A DNA stretch of 64,000 nucleotides from Patescibacteria group bacterium (GTDB lineage: Bacteria > Patescibacteriota > Patescibacteriia > UBA10025 > JAHIVO01). The notes beneath the pieces are model-generated. The model saw nothing but the letters and a program-made list of their open reading frames with translations. It searched no databases and was not told the DNA's origin. A program made the position numbers and the translations under genes. This document shows, in pieces, positions 46,845 through 56,025 of the stretch. Within the stretch, counting starts at the first letter, position 1. The number at the start of each line of letters is the position of its first letter. The DNA lies in the NCBI GenBank assembly GCA_041660605.1, contig JBAZWB010000001.1:622503-686502 (forward strand), written 5' to 3'.

Positions 46845-47894
46845 TTACTTATCTATTAAAAATAAAATTACGCCAATCACCGCCGTCACGCCGGAAATAA
46901 TCCAAAAACGCATGACAATTTTCGGTTCAGGCCAGCCGCGTGCTTCCAAGTGATGGTGTATCGGTGAAGATAGAAAGATTTTCCTTTTTAAAAATTTTTT
47001 GCCAGACAACTGGATTATTACGGAAAAAGATTCCACTACGAGTAGCAAACAAATTATTGGCAATAAAAGTACAGAATTCGTCAGCATTGCCACGATTCCT
47101 AAAGTCACACCCAGGGACATAGAACCCGTATCTCCCATAAAAAATCTTGCCGGATTAATATTAAACCATAAAAAAGCCAACAATGCACCTATTATTACGC
47201 CGCAAAATGTGGCTAATTCATATTTTCCTTGCGCGAAGGCAATGCAGGCGAATGCTCCAAAAGCTGCCAGTAATATTCCACCCGCCAAACCATCAAGTCC
47301 ATCGCTTTCATTTACGGAAAAAGAGGTGGAAACGATGATGATTATAAAAATTGGTATATACCACAATCCAATATCATAATTCCCCACAAAAGGCACATGT
47401 ATTGTTGTCCAGTCAAGTTTATAATAAAACCAAAAAGCGCCGAAAACCGCAATCAATGTATAGATGATCAGTTTATATCTTATTTTCATGCCACCACCTG
47501 ACGTACCAACGCCCCGGATGTTTAAAATATCATCAAATAAGCCAACTAAAGCCGAGGCAATCAGCGCTCCTAAAGGTAGTAAAGTTTGCGCCCGGGTCAA
47601 AAAATTCAATTTTTGTATAAAATCAAAATTAGTGATTTTGGATAAAACAAAAATTAGTAAAGAAAGGAAAAGAACTGTCAGCCAGATAAGTATTCCTCCC
47701 ATGGTCGGCGTGCCTGACTTGGCTTGATGAAGTTTAGAAAAGATCGGCGTGGATTCAGAGCTTCTGATTTTTTTTCCTAATTTGAATTTGTATAAAAAAA
47801 ATGTTAATAAAGGAGTCCATAAAATAGTCGTGACAAACGCAATGGTTGTCAATAAAAATATCTTAATAATATCAAAATTTTGTTCAATACCCAT
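46845..47894 (-). CDS. mraY: Phospho-N-acetylmuramoyl-pentapeptide transferase MraY
   Basis: PTMGGILIW and FMGDTGSMSLG are MraY signatures, with 10 TM helices. Confidence 0.95.
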   Translation of the reverse strand: MGIEQNFDIIKIFLLTTIAFVTTILWTPLLTFFLYKFKLGKKIRSSESTPIFSKLHQAKSGTPTMGGILIWLTVLFLSLLIFVLSKITNFDFIQKLNFLTRAQTLLPLGALIASALVGLFDDILNIRGVGTSGGGMKIRYKLIIYTLIAVFGAFWFYYKLDWTTIHVPFVGNYDIGLWYIPIFIIIIVSTSFSVNESDGLDGLAGGILLAAFGAFACIAFAQGKYELATFCGVIIGALLAFLWFNINPARFFMGDTGSMSLGVTLGIVAMLTNSVLLLPIICLLLVVESFSVIIQLSGKKFLKRKIFLSSPIHHHLEARGWPEPKIVMRFWIISGVTAVIGVILFLIDK

Positions 47895-47900
47895 AATCGG

Positions 47901-48272
47901 TCAAATATTTTGCCTGACGACGAGAAAGGCGGATAGCAAAACGAATAATAATAGAATTGCCGTAAGACTGTTTATCAAATTTGTTAATATTTTACTCTTT
48001 TTATAAATAAAAAGAGTAATAATTGCATTGATTAATATTACAATAAAACCAACCAGCGGTAAAATATACATCTGATACCAATTTCCGATTAGATCAACGC
48101 CAAAGTAAATGTTATAATGCAGATAGATTGGCTGTTCTGATGGTTTAATATTTTGGTAAATATAGAGCGAGGTAGCGCAATTGATCGCTATCTGTAAAAT
48201 AAAAAAAATTATATTAGCTTTTGACTTAAAAAAATTATTGACTATTGCTTTATTGTTGGTAAAATTGTCCAT
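47901..48272 (-). CDS. Hypothetical small membrane protein
   Basis: Three or four TM helices. Only 6 nt separate it head-to-head from the GT39 gene, so the start is uncertain. Confidence 0.3.
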   Translation of the reverse strand: MDNFTNNKAIVNNFFKSKANIIFFILQIAINCATSLYIYQNIKPSEQPIYLHYNIYFGVDLIGNWYQMYILPLVGFIVILINAIITLFIYKKSKILTNLINSLTAILLLFVLLSAFLVVRQNI

Positions 48273-48278
48273 AGATCT

Positions 48279-50066
48279 ATGAATCCTTTTATTAAAATAC
48301 TCAAAAATAAACTTTTAATCGTTGTTCTGATGTTGGCTGTAATGGCTTTTTTGCAGATTTCTTCAGTCTTGCAGGAATCGCAGACAATTGATGAAGGAAC
48401 CCATTTAGCGGCTGGCTACAGTTATTTAGTTAAACACGATTTTCGCATGAATCCAGAACATCCGCCTTTTATAAAAGAGCTGGCTGCCTTACCATTGGTA
48501 ATTATAAAAAATAAATTATCTTCTCCATTCAATTACCCCAGCTGGGATGGTTACGATGAATGGCAATTCGCCAAAGACTTAATTTACAAAAATAACATTC
48601 AAGCTGATACTATCATATTCATAGGGCGACTACCGACGATCCTGCTAAGTTTATTGCTTGGCATCTACGTCTTTCTTTGGGCTAAAGAATTGTTTGGGTA
48701 TAAGGCCGGCCTTGTCTCACTGTTTTTTTATATCCTTTGCCCCAATATTCTGGCGCACGGCAGATACATAACAACTGACCTGGGAGTTACCGCTTTCTTC
48801 TTTATTACCATATATTATTTCTACAAATATCTCAAGTACGAAAATTGGAAATTTTTGATTTTAACCGGTATTTTTTGCGGTTTAGCGCTGGCCAGTAAAT
48901 TTTCTGCGCCGATTCTTCTGCCAATTCTATTCCTGCTTTATCTGATAAAAAAACTAACCGAGCAAAATAAAACCAGAGCGCTCCTGCTTTTCAAGAAATT
49001 GCTTACTACTTTCATAACCATTGTGTTCATCAGTGGCATAATCGTCTGGGCCAGCTATGGGTTTGAAGTAAAAAAACCGCTGGACAGCAAAGACGTTCAA
49101 GACTTATATGCCCTGCAGGATTATACCATCGCTTCAAACACAGTTGATCAGCAAAGTGAACTAGTGAAAAAAGTCATTAATTATACTGATACGAGCAAAA
49201 ATTCAGGACGGACGATTCGTTCAATATTGGAAAAAGTACCCATCCCGGCATTTTCCTATTTTGACGGACTGGTGCGGGTCTATCTTCATAATTATTATGG
49301 CCATCGTTCTTACTTGCTTGGCAACTACAGTGAACTAGGCTGGTGGTATTATTTCCCCGTCGCCTTCCTGGTAAAAACTCCTGTTACCACGCAAATTTTT
49401 ATGATCGTGCTACTCATAGCAGGGGTGCTGGCCTTAGTTAAGCTAAAAATATATAGATACCCGCTAAAAGCACTGGTAAAAATACCAATACATTGGTATT
49501 TGTTGATTATCCCATCGGCAATTTTTTTTGGTTTCAGCGTAAGCGGGCATATCAATCTGGGATTGCGCCATGTATTGATTGTTTATCCTTTTATTTATGT
49601 GTCAATTGGCTACCTTGCGTCAATTATTAAAAAAACACCCGTTAAAATATTATTTACGGCTTTTTTAGTATATTATTTTTTTACTTCAATTTTAATCTAC
49701 CCAAATTATCTGGCATATTTTAATGAAATCAGCGGCGGTCCCGGTAATGGTCCGAAATATCTAGTTGATTCAAATATTGACTGGGGGCAGGATGCAAAAA
49801 AATTAAAAAAGTATATGACTGTAAATAATATCAATCACGTTTGCTTGAGTTATTTTGGCCAGGCCGATCTGGAATATTATAAAATTGACTTCAGATATTT
49901 ACCCACTGTCTTTGACAGAAGCGGCATCAAAAATATTGATTGCGTGGTAGCAATCAGCGTTACCAGTCTCTTGTCAAAAGAACGGGAATATGGCTGGCTT
50001 CTGGATTACCAACCAATAGACAAGATTGGATATTCAATTTATGTTTACGACCTGAGAAAAAAATAA
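48279..50066 (+). CDS. GT39/PMT-2-like lipid-carrier-dependent glycosyltransferase (ArnT/YkcB-like)
   Basis: The N-terminus carries DEGTHLAAGYSY and EHPPFIKELAALPL, GT-C motifs, with about 11 TM helices. The C-terminal domain is periplasmic. Confidence 0.75.
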   Translation: MNPFIKILKNKLLIVVLMLAVMAFLQISSVLQESQTIDEGTHLAAGYSYLVKHDFRMNPEHPPFIKELAALPLVIIKNKLSSPFNYPSWDGYDEWQFAKDLIYKNNIQADTIIFIGRLPTILLSLLLGIYVFLWAKELFGYKAGLVSLFFYILCPNILAHGRYITTDLGVTAFFFITIYYFYKYLKYENWKFLILTGIFCGLALASKFSAPILLPILFLLYLIKKLTEQNKTRALLLFKKLLTTFITIVFISGIIVWASYGFEVKKPLDSKDVQDLYALQDYTIASNTVDQQSELVKKVINYTDTSKNSGRTIRSILEKVPIPAFSYFDGLVRVYLHNYYGHRSYLLGNYSELGWWYYFPVAFLVKTPVTTQIFMIVLLIAGVLALVKLKIYRYPLKALVKIPIHWYLLIIPSAIFFGFSVSGHINLGLRHVLIVYPFIYVSIGYLASIIKKTPVKILFTAFLVYYFFTSILIYPNYLAYFNEISGGPGNGPKYLVDSNIDWGQDAKKLKKYMTVNNINHVCLSYFGQADLEYYKIDFRYLPTVFDRSGIKNIDCVVAISVTSLLSKEREYGWLLDYQPIDKIGYSIYVYDLRKK

Positions 50067-50078
50067 GTATCAGCAACT

Positions 50079-50107
50079 TTGATTTTTTTGTAAGAATATG
50101 CTATAAT
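50079..50107 (+). promoter_or_regulatory. Sigma-70-like promoter for the pilus operon: TTGATT, a 17-nt spacer, then TGcTATAAT (extended -10). A GGGAGG ribosome-binding site sits 4 nt before the pilB ATG.
   Basis: The sequence reads ctTTGATTtttttgtaagaataTGcTATAATat. The RBS is acGGGAGGtcaATG at 50146-50157. Confidence 0.5.
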
Positions 50108-50154
50108 ATATTCCAGTTTAATCTATTTTAGCGAGGTAATTTTACGGGAGGTCA

Positions 50155-51888
50155 ATGATACCTAATAAAGAAATAAAAACCATCCTAGAAGCGACTAAAG
50201 CTGTTCCGGAAGAACAGCTTATTGAGGCATGGAAAAAAAATGAAATGGATAACGGGGATTTGGCTAGTTACCTGATAAATAAGAACATTATATCCGAGAA
50301 TATACTCTACGAAACAGCCGGAAATTATTACAAAATTCCTTTCATTGATTTACGGCGGATGAGCATCCGGAAAGACATATTAACGCTTATACCCGAGACT
50401 ATCGTTCAAACATACCAAATTGTCGCTTTTGACAAGGATGAAACTACTTTAAAAGTCGCTTCTGTAGATCCAAAAAATTTACAAATCATTGAATTTTTAA
50501 AGAAAAAAACCGGCTTAGCAATAAAAATACATATTACTACTCCCTCAAGCATTAAAGAAGTTCTATCGTTATTTCATAAGGGGCTATCTTCGGAATTTAA
50601 AAAAATCACTAAAGGTGACCTGCTTGGCGAAGGAGAAACTAAAACTGAAGATCTGAAGCAGCTGGCTCAAGATTTACCAATCGTCAGAATCGTAGACACC
50701 TTACTGGAATATGCAATTTTCGAGGGTGCTTCTGATATACATATAGAGCCAACCGAAAATGACATTTTAGTACGATACAGAGTCGATGGAATACTCAGGG
50801 AAGTAATGCGTCTCCCAAAAAACTTACAGCCGGGAATTATTGCGCGCATTAAAATACTTTCCAATTTAAAAATAGACGAACATCGATTACCCCAGGACGG
50901 CCGTTTCAAAATTTCTACCAGTGAATATAAGATTGCTTTCCGCGTTTCAATCATTCCTGTTTTTGACGGTGAAAAAATCGTTCTGCGCTTGTTGAATGAA
51001 TCCGCAAAAATTTTAACTCTTGAGCAAGTTGGGCTGCAGTTAAAGGCACTAGAAGCCGTAAATTTAAATCTAAGCAAGCCCCAGGGTATGATCTTGGTTA
51101 CCGGCCCTACGGGAAGCGGAAAAACTACCACCCTATATACCATTCTTAATATTTTAAATGACCCAAAAGTTAACATCGCCACGATTGAAGACCCTATTGA
51201 ATACCGCATGGCGAGAGTAAATCAAAGCCAGGTAAATCCAAAAATCGGCTTTACTTTTGCCGGCGGTCTCAGATCACTACTGCGCCAGGATCCCAATATT
51301 ATAATGGTCGGAGAAATTCGCGATGGCGAAACCGCTGAAATCGCCACCCATGCCGCTATGACCGGCCACTTGGTTTTATCAACATTGCATACCAATGACG
51401 CAGTTACCACTTTACCACGGCTTGAGGAAATGGGAGTACCACCGTTTTTGGTGGCCTCTACCACGAATATTGTTATAGCCCAGCGGCTAGTAAGAAAAAT
51501 TTGCATGAATTGCATCCACAGCTATACTTTAACAAAAAAGGCCGTGGACGAGTTAAAGAAAAAAATCGACCTGGGCTCAATTTTCAATGTTCTGGAGAGC
51601 CAGGGCATAATTCTTTCTTCAAAAACTCCGATAGAATCACTATTATTTTATAAAGGCAAAGGATGCAAACAATGCAATAACACAGGCTATAAAGGCCGGA
51701 TTGGCATTTTTGAAGTTGTGGAAATTACCAGTCAAATAGCGCAAATGATTACAGAAAAAACTTCAGCAGCAAAAATATTAGAACACGCCAGATCAAAAGG
51801 CATGCTGACTATGATTGAGGATGGTTTCATCAAAGCAAAAAATGGTGTAACTACGATTGAAGAAATATTAAGGGCAACTAAAGAATAA
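50155..51888 (+). CDS. pilB: Type IV pilus assembly ATPase PilB (GspE family)
   Basis: A GSPII_E N-terminal domain is followed by Walker A GPTGSGKTTTLY and the Asp and His boxes. A tetracysteine CMNC...CKQC motif is present. Confidence 0.9.
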   Translation: MIPNKEIKTILEATKAVPEEQLIEAWKKNEMDNGDLASYLINKNIISENILYETAGNYYKIPFIDLRRMSIRKDILTLIPETIVQTYQIVAFDKDETTLKVASVDPKNLQIIEFLKKKTGLAIKIHITTPSSIKEVLSLFHKGLSSEFKKITKGDLLGEGETKTEDLKQLAQDLPIVRIVDTLLEYAIFEGASDIHIEPTENDILVRYRVDGILREVMRLPKNLQPGIIARIKILSNLKIDEHRLPQDGRFKISTSEYKIAFRVSIIPVFDGEKIVLRLLNESAKILTLEQVGLQLKALEAVNLNLSKPQGMILVTGPTGSGKTTTLYTILNILNDPKVNIATIEDPIEYRMARVNQSQVNPKIGFTFAGGLRSLLRQDPNIIMVGEIRDGETAEIATHAAMTGHLVLSTLHTNDAVTTLPRLEEMGVPPFLVASTTNIVIAQRLVRKICMNCIHSYTLTKKAVDELKKKIDLGSIFNVLESQGIILSSKTPIESLLFYKGKGCKQCNNTGYKGRIGIFEVVEITSQIAQMITEKTSAAKILEHARSKGMLTMIEDGFIKAKNGVTTIEEILRATKE

Positions 51889-51890
51889 TT

Positions 51891-53108
51891 ATGTCAGAAT
51901 TCAACTACACTGCCAGAACACAGGATGGCCAATTAAAAAAGGATCGGATTCGCATCAAGGACAAGAAAGCTCTGGCCGAATACCTGAAAAATCAAAATCT
52001 AATTTTAACTTCTTCGAAAGAAATTAAAAAAGGAGGGAGGTTTTCCCTGCAAAATCTTCTGGATAATTTATCCAGCGTCCCTATCGTTCAAAAAATATTT
52101 TTTACCCAAAATCTTTCTATCATGGTAAAAACCGGATTTTCACTCGCCGCTGCCCTAAAAACTCTGGCTCTGCAAACCACCAATAAAAAATTCCGTAATA
52201 TTTTGATAGAGATTCAGCAGGACGTAGAAAGCGGTATTTCATTTTCCAGCGCCTTGGCAAAATATCCGAAAGTTTTTCCGGAACTTTTTGTCAATATGAT
52301 TTCGGCTGGTGAAGCCAGCGGTAAACTTGATGAAATACTGATACACCTCACTGTTCAAATGAAAAAAGATCATACCATAATTTCTAAAGTAAGGTCAGCC
52401 ATGATGTATCCCTCGGTAATCGTGGTAGCCATGGTTGGTATTGGCGTAGTTATGCTGATAACAGTCATACCGCAAATGTCCTCAATTTATGCCGAAGGCG
52501 GCACTGAATTACCTTTACCAACTAAAATTTTACTGGGATTCAGCAGTTTTGTTTTAAATCAAGGTGTTTTCCTTTTGATTGCCGTATTTATTTTACTGAT
52601 TTTATTTATTAGATTAAAAAAGACTAAAAAGGGCAAACTGCTTTTGCATAAATTTCTTTTGAAACTGCCAATTTTTGGCGCGATAATCGTTAAAATTAAT
52701 ATTACTCGTTTCAGCAGGACGTTAAGTTCACTTTTAAAAACTGACATTCCAATCGTACAAACCCTACAGATCATTTCCAAGACTTTAGGCAATATATATT
52801 TCAAAAACGCCCTTATTAATGCTTCAGATAAGGTAAAAAAAGGTATCAGCATCTCAAAAACATTAGAACAGACGCCAAAACTATTTTCGCCCTTAATCAC
52901 GCAAATGATCAATATAGGCGAAGAAAGCGGTTCATTGGACACTATCTCCGAACAGATAGCGAACTTTTACGAAGAAGACGTTGACCAAACGATGTCTTCA
53001 TTGTCAACGATTATTGAGCCAATTTTAATGCTGATAATCGGAGCAGTAGTCGCTTTTGTCGCCCTCTCCGTATTGATGCCCATGTATGGATTGGTTCAAG
53101 CAATATAA
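51891..53108 (+). CDS. pilC: Type IV pilus inner-membrane platform protein PilC (GspF family)
   Basis: Two T2SSF repeats and three TM helices, immediately after pilB. Confidence 0.9.
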   Translation: MSEFNYTARTQDGQLKKDRIRIKDKKALAEYLKNQNLILTSSKEIKKGGRFSLQNLLDNLSSVPIVQKIFFTQNLSIMVKTGFSLAAALKTLALQTTNKKFRNILIEIQQDVESGISFSSALAKYPKVFPELFVNMISAGEASGKLDEILIHLTVQMKKDHTIISKVRSAMMYPSVIVVAMVGIGVVMLITVIPQMSSIYAEGGTELPLPTKILLGFSSFVLNQGVFLLIAVFILLILFIRLKKTKKGKLLLHKFLLKLPIFGAIIVKINITRFSRTLSSLLKTDIPIVQTLQIISKTLGNIYFKNALINASDKVKKGISISKTLEQTPKLFSPLITQMINIGEESGSLDTISEQIANFYEEDVDQTMSSLSTIIEPILMLIIGAVVAFVALSVLMPMYGLVQAI

Positions 53109-53109
53109 A

Positions 53110-55401
53110 ATGAAAAAAAATCATTTAAATAATCAGCGCGGTTATTCATTGCCGGAAGTTCTCATCGTACTTCTGGTTTTTACCGGGATGTTCATAGTCA
53201 TGCTGAATCTCTTCCAAAATTCGATAAAACAGCTGAACATCGCCCGGGCTAAAATTGTAGCCATTGAGCTTGGCAATGAACAGATGGAAATTTTAAGGAA
53301 CCTCCAGTACAGCGATGTCGGGGTGACCGGCAGCTCCCCTAACGGTACCATACCGGCTTCACAGGAATTGACCCGTTCAAACATCAAATTTAAAATCGAA
53401 ACGGAAATAAAGTATATCGATGATCCATTTGACGGCTGTGTCGGTGAAATTCCCGGCGAGCCCGGCAAATCCCGCTGCGCTGACGGAACCATAGTCGATA
53501 AAGTCCCTGATATACCCGCCAATAGCAATAATCCAGCAGATTATAAAAAAGCTAATATTGAGATAAGCTGGACGGAAAGCTACCCGGGCAAGCCAATTCA
53601 GCTGTCAACCATCATTGCCCCAAAAGGACTGGAGGGAGATACCACTAAAGGATTTATGCTGGTGACTATTTTTAACTCCGCTGGCGATCCTGTAGTAAAC
53701 GCTGATGTGGAAGTTATTAACAATACCCTGGTCCCGGCGTTTGATTATCATGGAAAAACGGATATCTATGGCACCGTGCAGTTGTACGACCTTGAACCGG
53801 CTGAAGACAGCTACATAGTCAAGGCCAGCTATGATGCGGAAAATTACAGCCATGACCAAACCTGCGCCCAGGACGACGCGGGAACCGGCTGCAGCGACAG
53901 TACGGGCAATCCCCTACCAATCAAACAAAACCTGACCATTTCAGCCGGCCATAACGAGGAAATAAGTTTTGCCATAGATAAACTAAGCAATCTCTCAGTC
54001 AACAGCTATACGGATAATTGTACCGCTTTGCCAAATATTGATTTGACCCTGAGCGGCGATAAAAAAATAAGCCAACCGCCGACCAGCTATTTAAAAAATG
54101 TTTTAAATTTCGTCACCAACGGTTCTGGCCAGACAAATTTACCGGCAGTTGAATGGGATTTGTACGATTTGCTGGTCAATACGCCTGGTTATGATATTGC
54201 CGGCGTAAACCATGACCTAGCCTTAAACGTCCTGCCTGACACCAGCATCGTGCTGAACGTGCTGTTGGCGCCTCATACCAGCAATTCTCTGCTATTAACC
54301 GTAAAAGACAATAATGGCACCAATTTATCCAACGCCAGCGTCAGGCTGAGAAAAGCTGATTATGATGAAACAAAAATAACCGGTCATGGGTTTATGCAGC
54401 AAACCGACTGGCTTGGCGGCAGCGGCCAGGAAAATTTTATTGATGATTCGACAAAATATTATTCTGACAACGGTAATATTGACAACAACACGAGCGGTGA
54501 GATTAGCCTTAAAAAGATTTCCTTGAATCCTTCTTTCAACGAAACTTTTGACTCAAGTACTTACCAAGACGCTGCTAATACTACCGCGGATTGGAACACT
54601 GCCGACCTGGAATTAAAGCTGCCAACTGTCAGTGGTGAATATCCAGTCGGCGTCATGCACCACGCCCAGACGACAATTATTAATTCCCAACATGGCAGGA
54701 TCGTTTCTGCCACCTTGAATGCCACTGAAGAGCTGAATGGACAATCAATCCTATATTTCCTCTCCGCCGACGGTGGAACGAACTTTGAACCTGTCAGCTT
54801 AGGCACTCCTTACGATTTCATGAATTCAGGCAGCGATTTACGGTGGCGTACGGAATTGATTTCTTCCGAAATCGATAAGACCCCAATAGTAAAAGATTTT
54901 ACGGTCAGCTATACGCTGGAATATTATGAGCAAAGCGGCGAGCTTATATCCTCAACTTTTGACTTAGGCTCGACAGCTGATTTTTCTTCCATTAACTGGG
55001 AGCCTAGCAGCCAGCCGGTGGAGACTGGTGCGGAAAACGTTAAAATCCAAATCGCCACAAATAACGATAATAGTACGTGGAATTTTACTGGTCCAGACGG
55101 CACCGGCTCTACCTTTTATAGCATAAATAATTCCACTATCAACAGCGCCAGCAATGGAAACCGCTATGTCAGGTACAAAGCCATACTCTCGACAGAAGAT
55201 GTTTACTTTACTCCAGCGCTCAGCAATTTAAGAATAGGCTATACGCAGGAATGCTTTCCGCCAGGCCAAGTTTTTTACAGAGATTTAACAAACGACACCT
55301 ACTCTATGGAAATTAAGCTTGCCGGGTTTGAAGTTTATTCGGCTAATGTCGAAATTAACGGGTATGTGACCCAAACTGTCCAATTGATTCCCACTTTATA
55401 A
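53110..55401 (+). CDS. Giant pilin-like protein with a prepilin-type N-terminus and beta-sandwich (CarboxypepD_reg-like) repeats. It is a candidate pilus tip or adhesin subunit.
   Basis: The class III signal is MKKNHLNNQRG|YSLPEVLIVLLVF, with Glu at +5. The 760-aa body includes VTIFNSAGDPVVNADVEVIN and LLLTVKDNNGTNLSNASVRL motifs. The start was set at 53110 to avoid overlap with pilC. Confidence 0.65.
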   Translation: MKKNHLNNQRGYSLPEVLIVLLVFTGMFIVMLNLFQNSIKQLNIARAKIVAIELGNEQMEILRNLQYSDVGVTGSSPNGTIPASQELTRSNIKFKIETEIKYIDDPFDGCVGEIPGEPGKSRCADGTIVDKVPDIPANSNNPADYKKANIEISWTESYPGKPIQLSTIIAPKGLEGDTTKGFMLVTIFNSAGDPVVNADVEVINNTLVPAFDYHGKTDIYGTVQLYDLEPAEDSYIVKASYDAENYSHDQTCAQDDAGTGCSDSTGNPLPIKQNLTISAGHNEEISFAIDKLSNLSVNSYTDNCTALPNIDLTLSGDKKISQPPTSYLKNVLNFVTNGSGQTNLPAVEWDLYDLLVNTPGYDIAGVNHDLALNVLPDTSIVLNVLLAPHTSNSLLLTVKDNNGTNLSNASVRLRKADYDETKITGHGFMQQTDWLGGSGQENFIDDSTKYYSDNGNIDNNTSGEISLKKISLNPSFNETFDSSTYQDAANTTADWNTADLELKLPTVSGEYPVGVMHHAQTTIINSQHGRIVSATLNATEELNGQSILYFLSADGGTNFEPVSLGTPYDFMNSGSDLRWRTELISSEIDKTPIVKDFTVSYTLEYYEQSGELISSTFDLGSTADFSSINWEPSSQPVETGAENVKIQIATNNDNSTWNFTGPDGTGSTFYSINNSTINSASNGNRYVRYKAILSTEDVYFTPALSNLRIGYTQECFPPGQVFYRDLTNDTYSMEIKLAGFEVYSANVEINGYVTQTVQLIPTL

Positions 55402-55413
55402 TAAAATACTACC

Positions 55414-56025
55414 TTGCTAATAATGAAAAATAAATCCGGATTTACACTGGTTGAAATAGTTGCCGTTATTTTCATCCTGACCTTAATCGGCATTGGTTTG
55501 GCAAGTTTTTCATTTTGGGGATATCGGTTATGGCATATCACCCAAGACCAAATTCACGCGCAGGATGAAGCCAGGGCGGCTTTTAAAAACATTGTGGGTG
55601 AAATCAGGGAAATGCAGATTTCAGATAATGGCTCTTACGCATTGGATACTGTACAGCCGAATACCATCATTTTTTACGCCAATGTGGACAGCGACACCAA
55701 AAGGGAAAAAGTAAAATACGAATTAGTAGACGGCACGTTAATCAGGTGGTATGAAAAATCTGACGCTTCCGTACCGCCGGCTTATCCAGCCTTCACTGAG
55801 GCTAATAAAATTATCGTAGCCCAAAATATTTTGAATACGGATATTTTCCAGTATTATGACGACACGTTCAATGGCAGTACGCCACCCTTGCCGCAACCAG
55901 TCCAGCTGAATGACGTTAGATTGGTTAAAATCCATTTATCGATAGATTACGATCCAGAGCGAACTCCTGCCCCGCTTGAGCTTGAGACTAACATCGCACT
56001 GAGGAATTTAAAGGACAATTTATGA
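55414..56025 (+). CDS. Minor pilin / pseudopilin-like protein
   Basis: The prepilin motif is MLIMKNKSG|FTLVEIVAVIFIL, with Glu at +5. Confidence 0.7.
   Translation: MLIMKNKSGFTLVEIVAVIFILTLIGIGLASFSFWGYRLWHITQDQIHAQDEARAAFKNIVGEIREMQISDNGSYALDTVQPNTIIFYANVDSDTKREKVKYELVDGTLIRWYEKSDASVPPAYPAFTEANKIIVAQNILNTDIFQYYDDTFNGSTPPLPQPVQLNDVRLVKIHLSIDYDPERTPAPLELETNIALRNLKDNL

Noticed and set aside
53086-53109. Upstream start (MDWFKQYK...) for the giant pilin-like gene
   Set aside because: It overlaps the pilC stop. The ATG at 53110 gives a short basic leader ending in Gly, immediately followed by the hydrophobic segment with Glu at +5, as expected for prepilins.
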